A stretch of DNA of 41,387 bases from a virus, in the IMG/VR virus record IMGVR_UViG_3300028840_003126, positions 1 through 41,387 of that record; one strand, 5' to 3'. The notes under the pieces were generated by a model that was not told where the DNA came from, made no database searches, and worked only from the letters and a program-made list of their open reading frames with translations. Position numbers and translations under genes: made by a program. Shown in pieces: positions 36,241 through 41,387 of this stretch (its first letter is position 1; the number at the start of each line of letters is the position of its first letter).

Positions 36241-36481
36241 ATATGCCACCTTTCTTTTTTGTGACCCTGGCAAAATAATCAAAGACATCCGGATATATTG
36301 CCCGGTCACTGTTTTCAAGTTTGTAATTAATGCCATATCCGGTCCGGCCCAGAATATGGACATTGTATATTTTATTACCATAATAGATCCACCAGTTTCC
36401 TTCCCGGTCACGCCACACATATTTATCAGGGATGGTCTGCTGGATCACACCTTCCGGATATTCATCAGATTTCAATATCAT
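36221..36481 (-). CDS. Hypothetical protein (86 aa)
   Basis: ORF track. Confidence 0.55.
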   Translation of the reverse strand: MILKSDEYPEGVIQQTIPDKYVWRDREGNWWIYYGNKIYNVHILGRTGYGINYKLENSDRAIYPDVFDYFARVTKKKGGIYGLQIN

Positions 36482-36484
36482 GAT

Positions 36485-36904
36485 TTAAGGTCCCTTATAA
36501 TACATGATTAAATCAATTTCAATGATCCTTCCGGATCCATAATGATTCAAATAAAATAGACATCCTGGATCCATAAGATTTCCAGATGGAAGATATATAT
36601 ATCCCAATGGCCGGTCAGATTTGTTGCTTTTAAAGATGGTTAATATTTCCTTTTTGATTTTGGCCATTCCCTTATATTCCAGGTATCCATCATATACATT
36701 TAAGGATCCAAAACCAGCAGATGTTTTATTGCATATCAGACCGGTGATCCTTTGTCCAGGATAAACAAACTGGCCATTTTTAGCATAAAGACTTTGCAGA
36801 ATCAGGGTGGGATATTTTTCAAAATTAATCAGATTTATGGGTGTGCCATCATTGAATGCACACAGTTTGAATCCATCATATTTGAATTCAACTATTTTGA
36901 TCAT
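36485..36904 (-). CDS. Hypothetical protein (139 aa; the track start at 36937 is a GTG)
   Basis: AGGTGGTGG lies upstream of the ATG at 36904. Confidence 0.6.
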   Translation of the reverse strand: MIKIVEFKYDGFKLCAFNDGTPINLINFEKYPTLILQSLYAKNGQFVYPGQRITGLICNKTSAGFGSLNVYDGYLEYKGMAKIKKEILTIFKSNKSDRPLGYIYLPSGNLMDPGCLFYLNHYGSGRIIEIDLIMYYKGP

Positions 36905-36917
36905 GCCACCACCTTTT

Positions 36918-37040
36918 TTATTTTCCTGTATCACCACGCTTATATGTGATATTATTTTTGGCCATAAATCTGGCCATCTTTTTAAAAACTCTTTTTTCCT
37001 TCCAGTTTATAAATTTTGCCAGAAGTTTTTTATAAATCAT
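36918..37040 (-). CDS. 40-aa basic micro-ORF MIYKKLLAKFINWKEKRVFKKMARFMAKNNITYKRGDTGK
   Basis: C-terminal part of track ORF 36918..37208. It fills the 36938-37029 gap, with GGGGA upstream of the ATG at 37040. Confidence 0.3.
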   Translation of the reverse strand: MIYKKLLAKFINWKEKRVFKKMARFMAKNNITYKRGDTGK

Positions 37041-37257
37041 AGATCCCCAAATCAATATCATTAATTTTAAATTCACCTTTTTTATATGAATACTGGCATT
37101 TTTCAATGCAGCCTTCACCGACTTCACACACCCATCTTCCAGATCCATCCTTTGTTGGATAATGATCAATACATTCATATCCATGACTTGTTTCATTGCT
37201 GAATTCACATTGTGGATGTGTGCAGGATCCTGTCTGTTCTCTTTTTGGGCAGGCCAT
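37030..37257 (-). CDS. Cys-rich small protein (75 aa)
   Basis: ORF track. Eight Cys residues, including C..C and C....C spacing. Confidence 0.6.
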   Translation of the reverse strand: MACPKREQTGSCTHPQCEFSNETSHGYECIDHYPTKDGSGRWVCEVGEGCIEKCQYSYKKGEFKINDIDLGIYDL

Positions 37258-37259
37258 AA

Positions 37260-37460
37260 CTATAATTCCAAAAGCTGCTGCAGGGCATCCACTGCATATT
37301 CTAACTGGTCAATGGATTCCTGTGACTTTTCTGCATACTGGCCATCCTGCATGTTTTCAGGAATGTTTTCAAAATATTCCTGTTCTTCTTCCATGATGCC
37401 TTCCAATTGATTCAGGATTTTTGAAATCCTTTGTCTTCTGTTTTTGTTCATGATTGCCAC
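37260..37460 (-). CDS. Small acidic helical protein (66 aa)
   Basis: ORF track. Confidence 0.6.
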   Translation of the reverse strand: MAIMNKNRRQRISKILNQLEGIMEEEQEYFENIPENMQDGQYAEKSQESIDQLEYAVDALQQLLEL

Positions 37461-37463
37461 CTC

Positions 37464-37775
37464 TCAATTTTGTGAAAATATGGGATGATAATTCAGCATC
37501 AGGTGAATAAACACCTGGTATTTATCTTTATTTGGAAAATGACATTGATCAGGATCCAGCCGGATCCCGGTGGAGTGCAGCCGGTCAAATAAATAGGATA
37601 AATGAAGGAATCCATCCAGGTCCAGGGCCTGGTCAAATTTCTGTATCACTTGATATGATATATTACTGTTTCCGGATATAAAATTATAATAAGTTTGCTT
37701 ATTCAGATCTGCATCATTGATCAATGTATTGACTGATTTCTTCCGCAAATGCCTGAATATTTCAAGGGATGTCAT
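37464..37775 (-). CDS. HTH (Cro/CI-type) regulator candidate (103 aa)
   Basis: SVNTLINDADLNKQTYYNFISGNSNISYQVIQKF has HTH character. It is the first gene after an operator-like palindrome. Confidence 0.55.
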   Translation of the reverse strand: MTSLEIFRHLRKKSVNTLINDADLNKQTYYNFISGNSNISYQVIQKFDQALDLDGFLHLSYLFDRLHSTGIRLDPDQCHFPNKDKYQVFIHLMLNYHPIFSQN

Positions 37776-37860
37776 ATTGCTTTTCCTTCCATTTATTTGT
37801 CCTTCCCGGCTTCCCTGGCCAGGTAGTCTAAATATAATAGACTATATTCGGAAAAGCAAT
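37776..37860 (-). promoter_or_regulatory. Perfect 11-bp inverted repeat (attgcttttcc / ggaaaagcaat) whose 3' arm abuts the ATG of the HTH gene
   Basis: Arms at 37776-37786 and 37850-37860. In the mRNA the 3' arm is GGAAAAGCAAT, immediately followed by the ATG. Confidence 0.45.
37824..37844. promoter_or_regulatory. Operator-like palindrome TAGTCTA-N7-TAGACTA
   Basis: Perfect 7-bp arms read directly, lying inside the loop of the larger inverted repeat. Confidence 0.45.
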
Positions 37861-37874
37861 GATAAACATTAATT

Positions 37875-38345
37875 TTAAGATTGATTTTTTATAATGCCAT
37901 TTGTGATATGGGCATGCTGAAACATGTGACCAGGGCAGGATTTATATGGTGCCTTGTCCCGATGAAATATTATTTTATCCTGGCCAATATCGAATATTTT
38001 CATCAATGGGATGATCAATCTGGTGCAGGCCACATCAATCATTTCCACCGGTGGTGCTTTTTCATCATAGTTTCCCACAAAACAGATGGCAATTGCCTTT
38101 TTATTCATTCCACCTTCTTTGATATGGGCACCTGGCAAATGCAATGGCCTTCCCACCAGGACTTCATATGTATTGTCAATCAATTCAATCCCATAATGAT
38201 ATCCAACATCTGACCATCCATTTTCATTTATATGCCAGTTCCGGATGGCACGCCAATTGAACACAGTGCCATCTGTAGACAATGAATGATGGATCCCAAT
38301 GTGTGTCCAGGGCCTGAATATTTTCTTTTTTCTGCTAAATATCAT
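37875..38345 (-). CDS. N-acetylmuramoyl-L-alanine amidase endolysin (Amidase_2/PGRP type), 156 aa; the track start at 38423 is too far upstream
   Basis: THIGIHHS, GYHYGI and FHRD..YKSCPG motifs. GGAAGGGGA lies upstream of the ATG at 38345. The longer track ORF reads through the hairpin-U7 element. Confidence 0.85.
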   Translation of the reverse strand: MIFSRKKKIFRPWTHIGIHHSLSTDGTVFNWRAIRNWHINENGWSDVGYHYGIELIDNTYEVLVGRPLHLPGAHIKEGGMNKKAIAICFVGNYDEKAPPVEMIDVACTRLIIPLMKIFDIGQDKIIFHRDKAPYKSCPGHMFQHAHITNGIIKNQS

Positions 38346-38361
38346 GATTATCCCCTTCCAT

Positions 38362-38397
38362 AAAAAAAGTGGCTTCCATATTTCGATTCTAAGCCAC
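38362..38397 (-). terminator. Leader element B: 7-bp stem, conserved 15-nt loop, U7 (A7 and T6 flank it on the plus strand)
   Basis: The minus strand reads GTGGCTTagaatcgaaatatggAAGCCACttttttt. Confidence 0.7.
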
Positions 38398-38407
38398 TTT
38401 TTTAGAT

Positions 38408-38429
38408 AGGTTAATGGTTTCATATGTCC
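38408..38429 (-). promoter_or_regulatory. Leader element B: conserved upstream box
   Basis: The minus strand reads ggacatatgaaaccattaacct. Confidence 0.45.
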
Positions 38430-38481
38430 TGCCCGGTGATCTTACTAGGGCAGCCAGGTTTTGACAGGATCCAGCCTGGTT

Positions 38482-39102
38482 TCACCAGATATTGAACCGG
38501 AAATTGCCCAGGAACAGATTATCAGATCCATGCCGGACATATTGAATTCCATATCTATTCACAAAGACACCGGCACCAATTGCCGGATATTGTCCAAACC
38601 CGGCACTGATCATAAAATCCACACCCAATGGCAGGACTTTCTGATATTCTTCTTCAAAAAATTTCAGATATGCCTGCCGGTTCAAACTTGTTTGAATATG
38701 GAAGGAATCCACCTTGCATGGTGCAAAGGCATCCACCCGGCCATCTATAAATTTGGCAGAAAATGCCCTGGTGGATTTTTGATATGGAATCATCACCGGT
38801 GGACCCGGATCCGGATCCGGCATGTCAATGATGATGATTTTACCTTCTTCGTCTGTTCCCCTATTTCTGATCATTGCATCTAAATCCAGGACCTGGATGG
38901 AATCAATTTCCGGCTGGGCAGGGATCCATTTGATTATTTCCACAGTGTCTGGTGGGACTGTTTCATCCACGGTGAAATATAGGGTGTCAATTTTTTCCAC
39001 CATTTCATATATTGTCACCACCCTTGGTTTAATAAAATATAAAACCGTGAACACTGATAGGATGATTACAACAATCATCAGAATTGCTGTTGTTTTATTC
39101 AT
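38482..39102 (-). CDS. N-terminally anchored envelope protein (206 aa) with an OMP-like aromatic C-terminus
   Basis: AILMIVVIILSVFTVLYF. A PDPDPGPP linker. The protein ends GNFRFNIW. Confidence 0.6.
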   Translation of the reverse strand: MNKTTAILMIVVIILSVFTVLYFIKPRVVTIYEMVEKIDTLYFTVDETVPPDTVEIIKWIPAQPEIDSIQVLDLDAMIRNRGTDEEGKIIIIDMPDPDPGPPVMIPYQKSTRAFSAKFIDGRVDAFAPCKVDSFHIQTSLNRQAYLKFFEEEYQKVLPLGVDFMISAGFGQYPAIGAGVFVNRYGIQYVRHGSDNLFLGNFRFNIW

Positions 39103-39548
39103 CGGTGACTTCCCACTGATTCAATTTTGGTTGTATGGGTTCCAGATGTAATATATCGCACTCGATAACCCCAACAAAAGGCAGGTGAATCACCGGATAT
39201 ATCCAATTCATAGGCAATGGAATCTGTGCCAGCTGCACAGGTGATGGCTGACATTGCTTGCCAGGGACCATATCTTGTTGGATGTTTTGCCCTAACTTTG
39301 GAATATTCTGGTGTGACACTTACTGTGTCACCTGTAAGATTTTTAATATATCCACCCACATTTATTGATCCACCCATGTCATCTGGCCTATCAAATAATA
39401 TGGTTCTGGTCAAAACGGTGTCTGCATTTGTCAGGGTGTCCAATGCTGCCGGTGATGAATCAATGCCAAATAAATCATTCTGACCGGTTATCTGCCCATG
39501 AATAATAACTGATATAAATAAAAATATAATAATAAATATTTGTTTCAT
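39099..39548 (-). CDS. Secreted protein (149 aa)
   Basis: MKQIFIIIFLFISVIIHGQ is signal-like. First gene of the low-GATC cassette. Confidence 0.65.
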   Translation of the reverse strand: MKQIFIIIFLFISVIIHGQITGQNDLFGIDSSPAALDTLTNADTVLTRTILFDRPDDMGGSINVGGYIKNLTGDTVSVTPEYSKVRAKHPTRYGPWQAMSAITCAAGTDSIAYELDISGDSPAFCWGYRVRYITSGTHTTKIESVGSHR

Positions 39549-39563
39549 TTTAAATCCCCCTAT

Positions 39564-40691
39564 TTAATTTCGATTGCCTGATATTGTCCATGGATGCCAT
39601 TTATTAATTTGATGCCATCCCTTAAAACATGGACCAAACTTTTTATAATTATTTCCTGGATTTATTATTCCATTAATTGTTTTGATGCAATTAGACACAG
39701 ATATAAAATCCTTATTATTTAAATTTATTTGATCTATAATGGGCCTAAGCCCGAATCCATATGTGGAATAATATATATTTTTTGCAAAGATTCCAGATGA
39801 TGGCACATTCAAGGTGTCATCCCAGACTTCATTCTTTTTAAATAGTATTTTATCACCCGGTCTTGTATATCTGGCATTCACTTTTTCAATCGTCTTTATG
39901 GGATTTTCGGATTCAAGCCCTGAATTATTATCATTCCCATTTGTATAATCTACATAGCTTGTCCAAGATGGATTTTGAAGATAATTATAATAATCCTGAT
40001 GTTCTGCCAATGTACGCCTTTTATTGCTTATTCTTATTTCCCCAATTTTTCCGGCCATCATTAAAGTTCCATCGTCTATGGCACCAATAGCTGCTACCAT
40101 TGAATCTCCACCTGTAAAATCAGTATTAGCAACATCAAAACCACCATAAATGCCTTTGCGATAATAAAGTATACTATCCTTGCCCGTACTCCAAGTCATA
40201 CCAATAAACCACCAACCATAACCATAAGTTGTCGCAGGCCAGCCGATATTATCAGCTTCCCCACCTATACCGGCACCAGCTTGATAAATATTTGAATTTT
40301 TACGGATCCAAAAATTATTTCCAGATGGACCGGATTTTAAGAAAATAACGTATTCAACCCCTGTGTCATCGTCATTTTTGAACCACGCTTCAATCGTTCC
40401 TGCCGTATCAAGCCCATGAGATACAAAAACCACACTATCAGATATTAAGGCATCATCTATCCCATCCCAAACAGTATAAACACTATCACTATCAACTGTC
40501 GGCCTTTCACCTATGGCCTTATAAGTGCATAGGACAGCATTTACATGATCCGCCCAAGTGTCAAGAGTATCATTACTTTGTGTAAATCCTATGCCCTGTT
40601 TCCAATAATAAATGGTGTTTGCATCAATTGGATTGAATTGAGCTGATAAAATTACAGGAATTATTAGTATCAATAATAAAATATATTTCAT
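39564..40691 (-). CDS. Secreted LamG/concanavalin-like lectin-domain protein (375 aa) with a beta-helix-cap-like C-terminal part
   Basis: MKYILLLILIIPVILSAQ. WDGIDDALISD is the LamG_3-type motif. YVDYTNGNDNNSGLESENPIKTIEKVNARYTRPGDKILFKKNEVW resembles a beta-helix N-cap. Confidence 0.7.
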   Translation of the reverse strand: MKYILLLILIIPVILSAQFNPIDANTIYYWKQGIGFTQSNDTLDTWADHVNAVLCTYKAIGERPTVDSDSVYTVWDGIDDALISDSVVFVSHGLDTAGTIEAWFKNDDDTGVEYVIFLKSGPSGNNFWIRKNSNIYQAGAGIGGEADNIGWPATTYGYGWWFIGMTWSTGKDSILYYRKGIYGGFDVANTDFTGGDSMVAAIGAIDDGTLMMAGKIGEIRISNKRRTLAEHQDYYNYLQNPSWTSYVDYTNGNDNNSGLESENPIKTIEKVNARYTRPGDKILFKKNEVWDDTLNVPSSGIFAKNIYYSTYGFGLRPIIDQINLNNKDFISVSNCIKTINGIINPGNNYKKFGPCFKGWHQINKWHPWTISGNRN

Positions 40692-41387
40692 TCTTCTATT
40701 CTCCTGATTATAAGGTTATCAAAAGTTTGAATTGAATCTTGGCTTTGTATGGCCCATCTTGCTACATCACTGTGATATCCGGCTGAATCTTGCAAAGCTG
40801 TGTGTGAACCATTTGTGTTCTGAATAATCACACTGTAAACTGTATCATTTGCTGTCACTATAAAATGATCATTATTTGTGACAATGGCTGATGGATTAGA
40901 TCCGGTTGAAATTACTGTTGCACCACCACCAGCATCATTATACATAAATCTTACGGTGGAATCTGATTGCATTGAAAATCCCAGCCAGTTGTTATTGTCT
41001 TCATAATGAAAATAAAACCAGGCTGTCCTGCCCGTTACCCAGCCATTTTCAAAATCAAATTCCGCAACATAATCAGAATCTGATAATGCAATACTTGCCC
41101 TAGCTGTCGAGCCATCATCTGTGGTGGCTTTTTTGTTTTTTATTCCCATGTTTCCTAATTCTGGGATCCAGATACTGTCAATATCAGAAAATTTTGGTAC
41201 TGTCAATGAATCATTATTTATTCTGCCAAATTCATCTGCAAATATATATGGATCAAGGCCAATATAGGCTTTTAATTGTTCAAGTGATGCATCAATGTTT
41301 GAAAAGTCAGATGCAAACACCCTTAAATCATTATAAGGTTGATCAGCGCCAACATTTAAAACATCAGCTGCCGCCCAATCATGTACG
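40688..41387 (-). CDS. C-terminal part of the interrupted beta-helix gene (jelly-roll-like C-terminal domain); the upstream part lies at 602..1 through the terminal repeat
   Basis: Track ORF 40688..41320 begins at an internal GTG. The frame stays open to 41387 and is in phase with 1..602. ATGA overlap with 39564..40691. Confidence 0.75.
   Translation of the reverse strand, partial: VHDWAAADVLNVGADQPYNDLRVFASDFSNIDASLEQLKAYIGLDPYIFADEFGRINNDSLTVPKFSDIDSIWIPELGNMGIKNKKATTDDGSTARASIALSDSDYVAEFDFENGWVTGRTAWFYFHYEDNNNWLGFSMQSDSTVRFMYNDAGGGATVISTGSNPSAIVTNNDHFIVTANDTVYSVIIQNTNGSHTALQDSAGYHSDVARWAIQSQDSIQTFDNLIIRRIEE
41244..41387. repeat. Terminal direct repeat, right copy (identical to 1..144)
   Basis: Same comparison. 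This is the signature of a circular assembly overlap or true terminal redundancy. Confidence 0.95.

Overview
The window is one complete tailed-phage genome of about 41.24 kb unique sequence. Bases 1-144 are identical to 41244-41387, so the molecule is circular or terminally redundant. Every credible gene is on the minus strand.

Gene order along the minus strand:
- 37775->34413: early block of small HTH, AbrB-like and Zn-ribbon proteins.
- 34322->31329: primase-helicase, followed by a lipoprotein.
- 30239-30375: iteron plus AT-rich candidate origin.
- 29045->28011: tyrosine integrase.
- 27016-27370: ORF-free structured stretch bracketed by perfect 28-bp direct repeats, followed by an excisionase-like HTH gene.
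- 26336->17194: Mu-like packaging and head module (TerS-like, TerL, portal, Mu-F-like, protease/scaffold, decoration, major capsid), then connector genes.
- 14249->12303: a 648-aa protein with 19 strictly periodic 23-aa repeats.
- 12303->2058: siphovirus-type tail module (tube, chaperone with a -1 frameshift, tape measure, 1242-aa distal tail protein, fibre-like protein).
- 2048->1 continuing 41243->39099: a compositionally distinct cassette of three signal-peptide proteins that wraps across the window ends.
- 39102->37875: a membrane protein and an amidase endolysin.

Main observations:
- The supplied ORF track omits a 476-aa beta-helix ORF (618..2048, minus). That gene is interrupted by a ~60-nt out-of-frame segment.
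- A conserved box-plus-hairpin-plus-U7 leader occurs upstream of the endolysin and of a small one-TM protein.
- Two genes have perfect 11-12-bp hairpins that occlude the RBS.
- An exact 40-bp repeat links the fibre gene to a micro-ORF.
- GATC and GGATCC appear strongly enriched outside the wrapped cassette, judged from two counted stretches.

I saw no tRNA, rRNA, CRISPR array, transposase or reverse transcriptase. All family names come from motifs read by eye; no searches were run.
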